A DNA stretch of 64,000 nt from Takakia lepidozioides. Taxonomy: Eukaryota > Plantae > Bryophyta. The stretch covers positions 51,460,001 to 51,524,000 of the forward strand of contig CM060733.1 of NCBI GenBank assembly GCA_030704615.1. Reading direction: 5' to 3'. A program made the translations under genes and the position numbers. Below the pieces are notes generated by a model that ran no database searches, had not been told where the DNA came from, and saw only the letters and a list, made by a program, of their open reading frames with translations. Below, one piece after another: positions 23,746 to 36,973 of the stretch. Each line of letters begins with the position of its first letter. Within the stretch, counting starts at the first letter, position 1.

Positions 23746-26700
23746 TTTTTTTTTTTTTTTTAATTTATTTATAGATAACAGGGACTTTGCCCTGGAAGCT
23801 TTATTTATGTTTATTTTTGGTGGGGAAAAAAGTAAAACCCCTAAAAGTACCATGAAGGTATACACACCGTAGACAGTGAATGGCGAATCGACCCCATATT
23901 GGAGAATTCCAAAAAATTAGGGCATCATGCCCAACGAAGTGCTCAGCGAGTAGCTCACCCAGGGAGCTTCTAGCAAGCAGCAGTCTAAGAGCATGTATAG
24001 GTTTTGGCAATAGAGGTAGAGTCCTAGCGAAGAGCTTGATGATGACTACTACTCTACTGCTATCGATGTGTTCTTGGAATGTCAACGGAACTTGAGTCTC
24101 GCAGCTGACTTGATGTGGCGCCAGTTAATGTCTTTGTCAAATTCGGGGGAGAGTGTGGATGGCCGTTCTGAGCCCCCTCCAGGCGTCTGGTGGGCTGGCA
24201 GCCCAGTTGCATTCACTTGGTGAAGTGGTAGTGCAGATGTGCCATTGCTTGCCCCAGGACGATCTGAAGTCTGCATGCAGGTTGGCTGCTTGTTGAGGGT
24301 GTCTGTCCATTTCTGCACACAGTTTTACCCATGCTTTTCTAGCATCAATCTGTATATCCCAGAAAATGCGAGCTAATACTGCGGATAATGACAGAGTCTC
24401 ACCCGAGAGTGACCAGGAGCAGCGTACTTTCCATAGTTACCATAGTGTAGAAACCCGGAGGCTTTCAAAGACTGGGCAATCAATGGCTTTCGATTTGGAA
24501 TTTGTGTCATAGTTTAAAAGTAATGTGAGTGGCGTTTGTGGTTGGGTATTCCAGCTGGTGTAGAAAGCTTTTATGATTCTCCAGATTGATTCTGGGCCCT
24601 GGCACAAGAGGAGGCAGTGTTCTAAAGATTCTAGCACTCATGCGGAGCAGCCTGAGCATAAAAGAGCGCCCTGGAATTGAAGCCATTCCCCCACCTTGAG
24701 CACTCTATTGGCAATTTGCCATAGGAATGCAGACATTTTTGCAGATTTGGTCTTGCTCCAGATTGCTTTCCAGTTTTCATTGGCAAAGCCATAGTCCTGC
24801 CATTTAGCATTCCACTTGGAATGGAGAGGGCTAAGTTTGGCCAATGTTCTGCGGGCTTTTTTTGCTGAGTAGTTGAAGAAGGGAACTTGGGATCGGCCAA
24901 AGGCCCATGTCCATTCCTTAGGGTCAAATTGCAGGTCTGTCAGCGGCCTTCCTAAATCCAGATGAAGTTGTTTGCTGCAAGCCAGATGTGTAGAGGTAAG
25001 GTGGGATCAGGTTGAGGGTTCATATCTTTTGTCGGGTACGACCAGCAACATATCCTAACTGGGGTATGTGGAAAGATGGGGTGATCAATGGGTCGCTCGC
25101 TATTCAAAGACAAGGCCATAGAAACAGGGTCAATATTGAAGGGAAATCTTGTCAGGGTATAATCGGATCTTTGGAGAACGAAAAGAACAGTTAGCTTATT
25201 GTTGATGATCCCAAGAGTCCAGTAAAGGGATTGGGGATTTGAAGGACCAGTCTGGAGATTCGAGAGCTAAGTGGGGAGGATGGAAGCTGTGATTTGAGGC
25301 AATCCAGCTTTGGCCCTGTTTTTGCCAACAGATAATGTAATGATATCTGCCTTTTTAAAGTCATTGTTGCTCCATATATCTTTGAGCTGGCAGATCCCCT
25401 TATGATCCCACAAAGACCATCTTCTGGCCTGACAACGTTGGGCTGTGGTGGTTTGGTTGTTGTATAAGACGATGTGTTGCCGGGCCATCTCCTCAAATGT
25501 CTGAGGTTCCTGTTTTTTAAGGAGAGGTCTGAGTTTGGCCCATGCTTGCCAAATGGTTGTCCATAAAGGTGAGCCTATGAGCTTGTGTTTGAAGCCCTGC
25601 ACTGCCCATCTGAAGGAGGGACCCCATGATGAGTTCTGGAGGGGTGATGCCGCCATGATGTTCCCTGCCACGAGAAATTTCCAGCATCCCCCCTCTGGGC
25701 CAAAGAATCTAGGGACCCATTTTCCTAACAAAGCGGTAATTTGTATTTCTGGATCGATGACGCCCAGACCACCATCCTTCTTGGGGAGGCATATTTGTCT
25801 CCAAGAGACTTGGGGTCTTCTCCAGCCTGCCGATGATGATTTAGCTCCCAGATAAAGTTCCGAAGTAGGGTTCTAACCTGTTTGATCTGGGAGGTGTTTG
25901 GTCGCCAGGACGAGGAAAAGTACCAAATGCCTGCAGAGAGGACATGATTGACTGCTAGTGCTCTACCTGTGACGGAGAGGTGCTTTGATCCCCGAAAGGT
26001 TAGTTTCTTTCTGAGTTTAGCCATGGTGGGCGCGAACCGTTGGTTGTCAGTGAGGTTAATACCGAAAGTGTAACCCAGGTAGGTGGTTGATTGCCCGGTT
26101 GAAGCCAGGAAAGGCCTAAGGAGGAGCCCCAAGATGGAGAGGTTCCAATGCATGATTTGTTGGTATCTCTGGCCAGAATCGCACACGTTTTTGCGCAGTT
26201 GACTTTGAATCCAGAGGCCTGGCAGAATGTCTGAAGGGTGCTTGTAGCATTGCCCAGGTTGGCTGGATTGGCTTGCAAATTGAGAAGAGTATCATCAACA
26301 AACATAGAGTCTTTGATCTCTGCTGGTTGTTGCGTGTGGTAGTTGGTTATGCATAGACCCTTGATTCCTGTATTTGCTTGTAGCATGTAGCCCAGGGAAT
26401 CCGCAACGAATAGAAAGAGGAAAGGAGATAGCGGGCAGCCTTGTCGGACCGAGCGTTGAAGAGGGAATGAAGGAGAGAGATGGCCGTTGATAATAGCTCT
26501 ACTGCTGGAGTTTTGGAGCAGAATCTTGACCCATTGGCGGAATGAGGGAGGGATCCCAATTTTGGTGAGAGCCCCCATGAGGAAGGACCATTCAACTCTG
26601 TCAAAGGCCTTTTCAAAGTCAAGGAGCAGAAGTGCAATTGCCTGGGCCGAGGTAGAAGCAAAGGGTGGGATTTCTTGGGCGAGTAGGATGTTATCCATTA

Positions 26701-27940
26701 TGTATCTCCCCTTAATGAATCCCGATTGGTTTGGTCTGATAAGTGATGGAAGCATAGGCTGTAGCCTCATTGCTAAAGCCTTGGCTATGATCTTGTCTGC
26801 CACATTAAGGAGGGTGATAGGGCGGTAATTGGAGATGTCAGTGCGATCCCCCTTTTTAAAAAGAATTGTGATGACCCCTTGTGACATGGTGTTTGGCATG
26901 CCCTGAGTGTATATGTGGTTTGCCATTTCCAGGAAGTCACTGGAGATGTCAGACCAAAGAAGTTTGTAGAACTCTACCGGAATCTCGTCTATTCCTGGAG
27001 CCTTCCCATTTTGCATTTTCTTGAGAGCATCCTCCAGTTCCGATTCTGAGAGGGGGCCTTGCAGAGAGTTAGCTTGGGCTGTTGTAACCAAGGAAGGGGT
27101 ATGGAGGAGGCATGTTTCTCGCTGGTGCGAGGGCTGCAAATTTCCCAAGGAGTTGCTGCTGAAAAGGGTACTGAAGTGTCTCCCAACTAGGGCAGCCATT
27201 TGCTTAGAGGAGGTGATAGGTAACGCCGACTGAGGATCAGCGACGTTCTGAGCTGCTCTTCTAAGTTTTGTTTTATCGAAGAATTATTTCGTCATCTTCT
27301 CACCCTTAGTTGACCAGGCCCGCCTGGAGCTTGAGTTTCCGATCTTGAGATGATTGAAAGGTATCTAGGTTGTGGCTTGCCTCCAGGTATGTCAAAAAGG
27401 TATGTTCATCAAACCTTGGTGATTCCATCCTGGCCTGACAGATGGAGAGGCATTTTGTAAGAGCCCTAATTTTTCTGCTTTGATATTCCAAGAACAGAGT
27501 TTAATTAACATTGGGGGGGGAGGATTGGCCGAGAAGAGCGTTCTCATTTGATGGCCTTGGGTCGTGAAGCAAAAAGCGGAACCTTTTGTCGGTATGAGGC
27601 AGGGAGCTAACCCAGCGGAAGCCCGGGGGGGCTATCGGGAGGATTTTTTTGACTTGAATGAGGATGAGGGTTGGGGCATAAAAGGCTTGGGGTTGGGGTG
27701 GATGTGGGATGAACTGACCAGATGGGGGTTTTGTGGCAGCGATGGAGAGGAGGTGAGCTTAAATACAAAGGAAGGTGGATAGGAGGGGCGATAGTGTGAA
27801 GGCAGGGCCCTGGTGTAGTTGCCTGCTGTGGTAAGGGAGAGGGGCCGGTGAGGTAAAGACGATTGAAGGGAGCTTCTTGCGACGGGCGGCTCTGTTTCTT
27901 GGTTCCTGGAAGCATAAGACCGAGCATCTTTTTGCAACTT
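23746..27940 (-). mobile_element. L1/Tx1-like LINE, degenerate (frameshifts, endonuclease deleted)
   Basis: Poly(T) at 23746-23761 is the poly(A) tail. RT motifs GKAPGID, NYRPITLLN, QSGFIKGR, LDFEKAFDRVEW, VRQGCPLSP, FVDD. Downstream zf-RVT-like and C..C..ESLEHCLLLC motifs. ORF2 start MLIKLCSWNI at 27511. Confidence 0.9.
26000..27199 (-). pseudogene. LINE ORF2 reverse transcriptase core (open segment of a disrupted ORF2 spanning ~24082-27511)
   Basis: 399-aa open frame with canonical non-LTR RT motifs. Flanking segments are in other frames. Confidence 0.9.
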
Positions 27941-28015
27941 TTAAATCAGGATAGAATATAAAGCAAGGGGAGGGGGTGAGGGGAACCTGAGTGTCGAGAA
28001 GCATGCGATGTGCTT

Positions 28016-29700
28016 CTGAGCTCGCGATGAGAATGTTATGGCGGGCGTGCTTCGGTGGCTGCCCCGTTTGTGGTGTCGTACCCATGTTGGACGAGCGCTT
28101 GGGGGGGCGCGAAGGCGGCGCCTTGTCTCTCTTGCAGCGGGAAACACTGCTATGAAAGCAATGGCATCTTCCCTCCTCTGGCTTTTTCTGTTCTTAGCAA
28201 GGATGCTTATGATGGGAAGTTCTCTCCCTCTTTTCTAGTGCCTTGCGTTTGTGCCTGCTTTGCTTCATTGCTTATGTGCTTTGTGGAGGCGGCTTGTTGC
28301 GGGTGGTGATGGCGCATAACCCTCTTCCCCAACCGCTTAAGGTGCTTTTGGAGTTTAGGGATTCTCATGTTCTTATCTCTTTCTCTTGCTTTTGAGTTTC
28401 TTAGTTGACATCGATGACAAGTGTGAGGGTCTGTGATTCACCTGGGGTTCCACAATCGTCACTAACTTGTTGGGTTTTGTGGGGGCTTGTGATGGGACCA
28501 GGTGAGGATCCTCACCTACTTTGAAGTTTCTTGAGCATGCAGATTGGGATATGGGCTGAGGAGACCTAGGGTTGTGTGCACTGTGAGGTGGCTGCTGGCT
28601 GCAGCCCCGATTTCAACCCAACTGCCCTTGACTTGATATGCTCCAGCTCGCGTTCTGGCCTTTGTCGTTCTGCCGCCGATGCGCAGCTCGGCCTGACGGG
28701 CTTGTTTCCTGAGGCTTGCATACAAACCACACCCTACCTTTTAATCTTTGACAGCACAGCCTGTGGATTACTAAGCTAGGTTGTAAGTTATTTTGGCCAA
28801 AGAGGATCTGGTTTTTGGTGGTATGTTTTTGGCGGTTTTGGGTAACTATGGATCTGATGGCCTTGAAGTTTAAGGCGGCAGCCTGGTAGGGTACTGCCCT
28901 ACTCGTTGTCAGGCCTACTTCTGATGTGTACTGGATCGTAGTAAGGTGTTCTTTGCATGTCTTAGCATGGAACTCCTGAAGGATGAGGATGGTAAGCTGC
29001 AATGGAATCCTACCTACTGTTTTGGATCTGTCATGACATCAGGCCTATGACCTGTCATCTGTTTTTTATACAAAAGAGGCTGGATCTCGGCTGTTCATGT
29101 TGTTTGTTGGTACAAGTCTTGAACCTGCAATCTGACAGGTTGCATTCACATTCCCTTGATACCTTGTATGATCACATGTCTCAGGGTGAATACAAATGAT
29201 ATGGAATCTACTTCATCTGGATCAAGTTGGACTGCTTGGTGGGATACTGAGATTCTGACAAAATGCAGGCTGGTCCTTATGCCTTGGCTGATGCATGACC
29301 TGCCATAATTAATGGTTGAACTGGTAAGCTGCTGGTATATGTACAGGCTGAACCAAGAGGCCTTGCAGCATGCACAGGGACAACAATATCTTATCTTGTC
29401 CCACACAAAAACAAACCCCGCCCTCCCACCCTGTTTTGTCTTGGATGATTGGGTGGTGTCTTTTGGGATGATTTGACAAGACTGGAAATGTGAGATAGTG
29501 CCATATCCAGGGCTGTTTATGTCTTTAATTGACAATGACCCTTATGGGTCTTATCCATGTCTTGACATGACGTGAATATCTTCCCACTCTCTCCCTCTCT
29601 TATTAACTTTTTCTACCCCCTCTTTCCCTCTGTGGTTTTTTTTTTTTGTGAGCAGCATGAAAGAGATGAGAGAGAGAGAGAGAGAGAGAGAAAAAAAAAC
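28016..29700. repeat. Module A, copy 1, of an unclassified repeat family
   Basis: Direct diverged repeat of 30877-33560. Shared blocks include TTCTTAGTTGACATCGAT..GTGATTCACCTGGGGTTCCACAATC and CCCCGCCCTCCCACCCTGTTTT...GTCTTGACATGAC. Confidence 0.85.
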
Positions 29701-29719
29701 ACGCACAATATCGTGATGT

Positions 29720-30850
29720 GTCTAGGGCAGAGAGACACTTAAAGGAAAACCACCCGCGATTTCATCCACCATCCGGTATGGATGGTATCAGACCAGGATG
29801 AAAAATGGGCATTCAATAGGTTTAAATCAAAGGAGCATAAACCTAAAATGCATTGAAATGCATATCTGCCTATAAATCATCCAGTTATGGTTATAACAGA
29901 AATTTCATCCAGTATGGATGAAACCTTAAAAATTGGGATTAAAAATATATAGTATTTCCAAAATAAGTATTATGGAAAAAAAAAGTTGATAATCCCAAAC
30001 AAGTAGTTGGAGAGAGGGAGAGAGAGGGAGAGAGAGGGAGAGATCAGGAAACAAAAAGAAAAAGAGGAAGGTGGGGGGGGAGTGACTGAGTAGCAACTAC
30101 TCAGTCACTTCCCCCCCCCCCCCCCCCCCCCTTTTTGTTTTTTCTTTGTTGCCCCCTCTCTCCCTCTGTCTCCCTCCTCGGAATTGGCCAGTTGCATCAG
30201 TGTTCTTTTCATGATTTTCCGTCTATACCAGATGGACTCTAAAAGGTGTTTTCACCCGACTTGTAAAGGTTTTTTATCCATACCGGAAGAATCACTTGGG
30301 TGGACAGTAAAGTACCTTTAAAAAGGACCTATAATTTTTCATTCCTCTTTTATTGACTTTCATCTATATCAGATGAGTCACCAGAGAATGAGGAATTACC
30401 TCCATAGGGGTTATGACACTGGCATCCTATCTATAATTTTTCCATCCATGCCGGATGAAAAATACCAGGATTTGAATTCGTTTTATTCCCCCTTTATGCT
30501 TTTTTTCCGTACTGGATCAGGCTTTCTCTTAAGGGATGACGAATTACCTGTTAGGATGAAAAACCGTTGCCCTGGATGATGTATACTACTTTTTCATCGT
30601 GTTGATGGACCTCATCCAAATAAATGAACCTATTTATTTTTTCATCTGGACTGGATGAAAAAAGCAGCTTATGATGGCCATGGAGTTTTTTTTAATTATC
30701 CTTCATTATTGTTAATTAAGGAGTGAAACCCTAACTCCTACCCTATAATCTACTGTTTAAACCTAGCTAACGGATGACATCCGTCGGGTTTTTAAGAGAA
30801 AGGGTATTGATTATTCATCCTCCGGATGAAAAATTGGGCTAGGGTGTCTC
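29720..30850. repeat. CATCC-N5-GGATG palindrome arrays on either side of a CAA-loop hairpin
   Basis: CATCCGGTATGGATG and variants near 29770, 29906, 30278, 30445, 30643 and 30816. Perfect 13-bp stem AGTGACTGAGTAG-CAA-CTACTCAGTCACT at 30081-30109, extended by G-run/C-run and GA/CT tracts. Confidence 0.8.
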
Positions 30851-30876
30851 CAGCTGTCAGCTGCATTCCTCGTGCT

Positions 30877-33735
30877 GCTGAGCTCACGAGTTATGGCGTC
30901 TGAGCTCTGCTGGGTCTGCTGCTTCATGCCGGACGAGCTCCTGGGGATGCGCAATGGCGGCGTCTTGTCTCTTCTCACAGGCGGGAGAACCCGCTGTGAT
31001 GGCATCGTCCCTTTCCCTCCTCTGGCTTTTATGTTTCGCAGCGGCGCTTTGGTGGGGAAGTAAATCGCTCTCTCTCCCTTCTTAGACCTAGCATTTGCAT
31101 GCCTCGCTTCTCCTTTGCTGTGCTGGAGGTGGCATGTTGGTGGCGATGGCGCAGTGTTACCTTCCCCAATCGCTCAAGGTGCTTTCGGCGATTAGGGTTC
31201 ATTTTACTTCATATCTTTCTCTCTTGTTTTTGGGGTTCTTAGTTGACATCGATAACAAGTGTAGGGGTCTGTGATTCACCTGGGGTTCCACAATCCTCAC
31301 TAACCCATTGGTTTTTGTGGGGGCTTTGTGATGGGACCAGGTGAGGATCCCTACCTACTTTGAATTCTCTTGAGCTTGCAGATAAGGATGTGTGCAAAAG
31401 GAACATACTGTTGCTGCCTGCAGCCCCGATTTCGGCCCGCTTGCCCCCGGTTTGACATGATGATGCTTGCTTTTGACTTATCCTTTGCTGTTGCTGATGG
31501 AGCACTTTGGCTTGGCAGCCTTGTCTCATGCAAGCACTGCATGTGAATCCTACTTTGTCTTGAATCTCTGACAGCTTTGCCTGTGGATTTTTAGACTAGG
31601 TTTCTTTTTTTTTGCCTTAAAAGAGGATTGATGGTGTAAGGGACAAGTCATAAGTGGCTGTTTGGTTCTAAGGATGAGGAGACCTGAGTTTTGTTAAAGA
31701 AGACAGCCTAATAAGGCAGTGACAGGCCGTTTTCAGACCTGGATTTGTTGTGGAATGGAGCATAGTGAGGTTCTATTTGCAAAATATGGCATTAGCCTCC
31801 TGTGAAACAGTGACGGTAAGCTCTAAAGGACTCTAGCCAATGATTATTTACTTTATTTTGCCATATGAACAGCCACCTGCATTGTATGATTTATCTTGGC
31901 CAAGTGGACTTGATCTTGGGCACTCAAAGTGTATGTGTGTCCAGATCTGGATACTGTGACAAGGTAGGCCTTTCTTCCATGCCAAAACGCCTTACAGGAT
32001 ATATATCTTGGGGCAACTGTACATGATGTAGAATGAAGTCGCAGTCAGTCTTGTCATGCCCAAAGTGATCACTTGGTTGCATGTTTGAAGTCTGATTTAC
32101 TGCAGGCTGGGCCAACAAGAGTTCTATGTGCACAGGTCCTGAATATATACAATGACAGACTGTTCTTACATACCTAGAAGGCCTTGCACAATGCATGCTT
32201 TGGGGTGCTTACATTTGGCCAAATGTGAAGCGGCAATATGGCTTACCATGCCCAAGAAATGTACTTGGTGGCAGGCCAGAAGTGTAATTAATTGCAGGCT
32301 GGTCTTTCCTGCTGCCGGTGTGAACACTCACTGAATGTGTTGTAGGGCAGACTGTTCTTACCTACCTTGCATAATGCTTGTCTTGGATCACCTCAAGGTA
32401 CTTGTGTATACATATCTTGGATCTGTAATGTGGCAAGAAGTTCTTATATGCCCATGATATCTTGCATGGTGCATATCTTATGGATAACTATGGATGATAT
32501 AATCTGAGGCTGCAATTTGACTCATATTGTGCAAGAGGGTCACTTGGGTACATGACAGGAATCTGATTATGAACATACCCCGCCCTCCCACCCTGTTTTA
32601 TCATGACTGAATGGGTGGCGTCACTTGGTGTGTTATGACAAGACTGGAAATGTTAGATGGTGCCCTGTCATGGGCTGTTTATGTCTTTAATTGACAAATG
32701 ACCCTAGTTGGTCTTGTCCATGTCTTGACATGACATGAATATCTTCCCTCTCCCTCTCTCTTTTTAACTTTTTCTGGAGAGGGTCAACTCTGAGGTTAAG
32801 AAAACCATGCTTTGTCGCATTATTAGACCTGCCTTGGAGTACGGATCTACAATATGGGTTGATAAATCTGACTTTAGAGGCTGTAGTGTGCAACCATGTC
32901 TGTTGCCATGAGATTGTCTGATGAAAATGAAGTTAGGCAGAAAACTTCCCTGAACTTGTTTCCAATCAGTGACATGGGGGAGGACATCTTGGATGACCTC
33001 AAGGGTCTACCCACTCTCGGCACTAGGCTGAAATTTAAACTCAGGGCAGGAAGCCTACCTTTGAATAGCAAACAGAAGCAGAGAGGAAAGGGAGAGTGCA
33101 ATTGCCCGTTGTGTGGGCAATCTGAAGACAGTACTCATTTTCTGATACACTGTCCGGGGTTCTCTCACCAAAGAGACGCTCTCTTCAAATCTATCAAGGG
33201 AATTGTGCCTGTACCTCTGTTTACCAACTTTGAAAGTCTCAAGGCTGAGCCAAAAGTCCAGGCCCTCCTGAGGCCTAGTTATTGGGCAAATCACACACAA
33301 CAGTTTGATGCTTGTGTGAAGGGAGGATATCTGGAAAACCCAGATTAATTCTATATATGAAGGTAAGTCTTACTACCAACGTCAGCCCCTGACAGAGGCA
33401 GGTTCTGTCCCTTTTTTTTCCGCTCAAACTGGCCGCGGGGTCAATGGCCACAAGGCTACGACAAACAACGTCTTATGAGTACAATCTTTTAACTTTTTCT
33501 GCACCCTCTCTCCCTTGTGGTTTGTTTACTTTTGTGAACACAAAAAAAAAAAGGGAGGGAGAGAGAGGGAGGGAGAGGGAGAGAGGGACAGAGAGGGACA
33601 GAGAGAGGGAAAAAAAAAAAAATTGGGGGGGGGGGGGGGGGGGGAGAGTGACTGAGCCCGTGGTGCTCAGCAACTGCTGGTGGTGCTCAGTCACTTCCCC
33701 CACCTTTTTCTTTTCTCTTTGTTGCCCCCTCTCGA
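30877..33735. repeat. Module A, copy 2, plus second hairpin junction (33647-33695)
   Basis: Aligns with 28016-29700 once the 32777-33486 insertion is removed. Ends in a GA tract, G-run and AGTGACTGAGC...CAA...GCTCAGTCACT, then C-run and TTGTTGCCCCCTCTC as at ~30147-30161. Confidence 0.8.
32777..33486 (+). mobile_element. 5'-truncated non-LTR retrotransposon 3' end with 15-bp TSD
   Basis: TTTTAACTTTTTCTG at 32762-32776 and 33487-33501. Encodes IRPALEYGSTIW (post-RT thumb region) and KLRAGSLPL...CPLCGQSEDSTHFLIHC (C-terminal Zn motif). Confidence 0.85.
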
Positions 33736-33739
33736 GACC

Positions 33740-36700
33740 CCAAGCACTTGCTGCTCTCAGCCCCCGACATGCTTGGTTTTTTTTGTTTTTGATCTGGAAT
33801 GTTCCTAATGAGGCCAACTTGTGGGTTTGCATGACAGGTGCCAGCTTATGGGGAAAGAGAAGAAGTCCCCTGCCCCAAAGAAAGGGGCAGACAATCCGTT
33901 TGCTTTGCCGGCACGTGTGACGCGCCAGGGCGTCTCACGGCTAACCAGCCCCGTCGACAGCCGTAGCCGGAGGGCTTGTCTGCCCCCCGAGGCCAGTACC
34001 CCCCCTCTTGTCCACATCTTGGATGCGCCAGGGGCCGGCTCAGCCAGCTCTCCTATTCGGGAGGTTGTTGCTGAGCCGGATGCTCAGTTGAGCACACCCC
34101 CGGCCACCAAGACGGGTGAAATGTACCTTGGCAAGCACATCACCCATTCGGGGGCCCGATATGGGCACCTTTTGGATGTCACCCCCATAGTGACCCCTTC
34201 CTCCGCAGCAAAGGCTGCACTTGCCAAGGCCCAACGTCAGGTTCAAGGGCCTTTGAAAGCCTCCATTGCCAGCCCATTGTTGTCGATGAGGAGGAGCAGA
34301 CGAGGATGAAGTGGCCAAGATAGCGAAGCGCCTCGAAGAAGTCAAGCCGGGTGAGGGCTTCTACCCTGATACGCATTTGGGGGGGGGAAGAGGAGGAGGT
34401 ATGGGCCGGTTCGGAGCAGCCTAGCCGATCAGCAACTCTGCCCCCTGAGCCTGAGCGGTCAGTAAAGAAGGGCCTGGACTACGGGGCGCCGCCGCCGGCT
34501 ATGCTCCACATCTGGAATCTACTTCCAGTGGCGCTCCAGGAGGGGCACATCCGGAAACAGGGACTCCGCCCACATCGGGTGACACCAGGGGCAAGACGGA
34601 CAAGCTTGCAAAGGTACAACTGTCGTACCTTGTTCCATGATTTATCCTTTCATTTGCATGCATGATTTGCTTTGTTGTTTGTTTCTTTTTTTGAATTTGG
34701 ATGGGTTATTTGTCTTCAGGAGGCAGCAACATGGCTGGCCTCATTGGTGCAGTCCAGTGGGGTTGCCAATGAGGGAGAGCACGTGGTATTCATGAAGGAC
34801 CCGAACACCAAAGGTAAGAAGAAGAGGCCTCGATCTCCCGAGATCCCTTTTACCATCAATGAAGGGGCTGCCGAGGAGAGAGAGAGAAGGGAGAGGGAGA
34901 AGGAGAGAGAGGAAGTAGCGGGGAAGGGGAAGGAAAAGAAGAAGAAGAAAAAGAAGTCCCATGGAGAGGAAGGGATGAGTGTGCATGCGGGGGAGGGCAG
35001 TGGGGTAACAAAGGAGTAGGGGAAGGAGGCTACAAAGAAGAGAGAGGGTGGGATGGCCTTGGCGATACAAGACGTGGAATTGGCAAAGATCGTGGTGCCA
35101 CCGGTGGAGGTGAATTGCCATAGTGACCCCTGCGGTGCGTTCTGGGAGGCTATGAAGAAGCCAGCCTTCGAACTCGCATTGAGGTGGTTCCCTTTGCACA
35201 TCGAGTGGGCTGATCAGCACTTTGGCGCAAAGCGGGCGTATGCCCGTGAGTTAGACTGCCGGTTTCCGGGCAATTGGAGTGACACAAGGGTGATGGAGAT
35301 GGTGGGGCGAAACTTGAAGAAGATGAGGTACCGTGCCAGACAGATCATTCGGAGGGCAATGGAAAAGGGGGCCATACCCAAACCACCTTATGGAATTACA
35401 CAGGTTGGTAAATCCTGAATCATGTCACCTTCCATTTGTCGCATGAGCATTAATGAGGTGGATTCGATGCAACGTATGTGTGTAATTCACTAATTGTTGG
35501 GGGGGGGGTGCATAGGTATTGTGGGATGCACTCATTGTGGGAGAGACTGATGCCGCAAACAAGGCCAAATTTGACCGGGCACGCGAAACAACAACAGTCC
35601 ACCTTGACAAGCACGAATCCACATACAAGTGGGGCGTGGGCGGATCCAAGGGTTTTATCTTGCGATTTGTAAGTCGTACTTCCCTATGGATTTTGTTATG
35701 TCTTCTTTCTGGCTCCATCATCGCGAAGAACTGACTTTAATTTGTGGCATGTGTAGCAACGCGCGTTTAAGAGGAAGCCATCTCCGGTAGAGTACAACTA
35801 CGTCAAGGAGCATGGTTGACAATCCCTTATGAAGAACATGGCCAACACAGAGGGGATGAGTGCACTACAGGGCACTAGTATGGATGAGGTCGAGGGCATC
35901 AGGGATTGGATGAGAGCTTTGTGGGTCTTAGGGGAATGCTGCCTCATTTACGTGCTCTGGCAAAGGGCGCGGAGTCATCAGGCTCATCAGATAGCTCTGA
36001 GTCCTCCACTGAGGATGTGGATGAGAATGACTAGTCCTAGTCTAGGTAGGTCCCAGGGTCAGTCTACTGAACCCTTGTGAGCTTTTCAGCTCATTTCTTG
36101 TAAATATATTTCCATCTTTCCATCTTCCATCTTATTCATGTGTCACACCGTCCTCACCCTCGATTCATGCTTTACCTGCTAACTCAGAGAAATGGAACTG
36201 TAAGTTCTCCCATCCCCAAATACAAAACCAGGAAAAAAACAAAAAACCACCCCCAATTCACCCCCAAAATGAACCCCCCACCCCCCCCCCACCAGGTTGC
36301 CCTCGCGACTGCAGCACGTCGCCAATGGCGACGTGTTTTTTGGGTGGGGGTCCCAAGCAGCGACGGTCGGGCGTCGCAAACCCCATTTGCGGGCGGCAAC
36401 GCCCGACACCCCTTGCGACGTGTTTTTTAGTCCGGGGGTTGCAAGCCGCGACGCCCTGGCGTCGCGGAGACCGCACCCTGCCTGCGCCACGTTTTTTTTT
36501 TTATTAAATTTAAAACAAAAGCGACGCCGGAGCGTCGCAACAACCCACGCCCGGGTGTGGCGGAGACCGACTCCTGCTGTTTTGTGCCACGCCCAATAGT
36601 CGCTTGGCGTACCACCCGGCTGACTCCCGGGCAGGTTAGAATAAATAAATAAATAAATGATGCGACGCCGCATCGGTGCCCCCACCAACGCCGTCGACTG

Positions 36701-36973
36701 GAGGGCCACGACGGTTAGACGTCGCTCAAAGAGGCTCCTGCCATCGGCGCGGACGGCCTGAAAAACCGACGTCCGGCAGTCGCGGGAGTTGGGGCGGGGG
36801 CTCACGACCCCTATACGTTGCATTTTTGCGACGTCATTTTGGCGACGCCCTTGCGACTGCAGGGCGACGGCCGGGCGTCGCAAATTCTGCGCCTCCCGCG
36901 TGCCCATAAAGGGCGTTTCCCCGACGCTGCGGCGTGGCGCGGGCGTCGCAAAGGCCCCCCTTTTCCTGTAGTG
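33740..36973 (+). mobile_element. CACTA/EnSpm right-hand fragment: spliced ORF2 (TnpA-like) remnant plus subterminal repeats and right TIR
   Basis: Ends TTTTCCTGTAGTG (reverse complement CACTACAGGAAAA) at 36973. Dense TGCGACG/CGTCGCA direct and inverted subterminal repeats at ~36300-36950. Broken, intron-containing charged/low-complexity coding segments at 33.8-36.0 kb; their TnpA identity is inferred from position. Confidence 0.7.
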
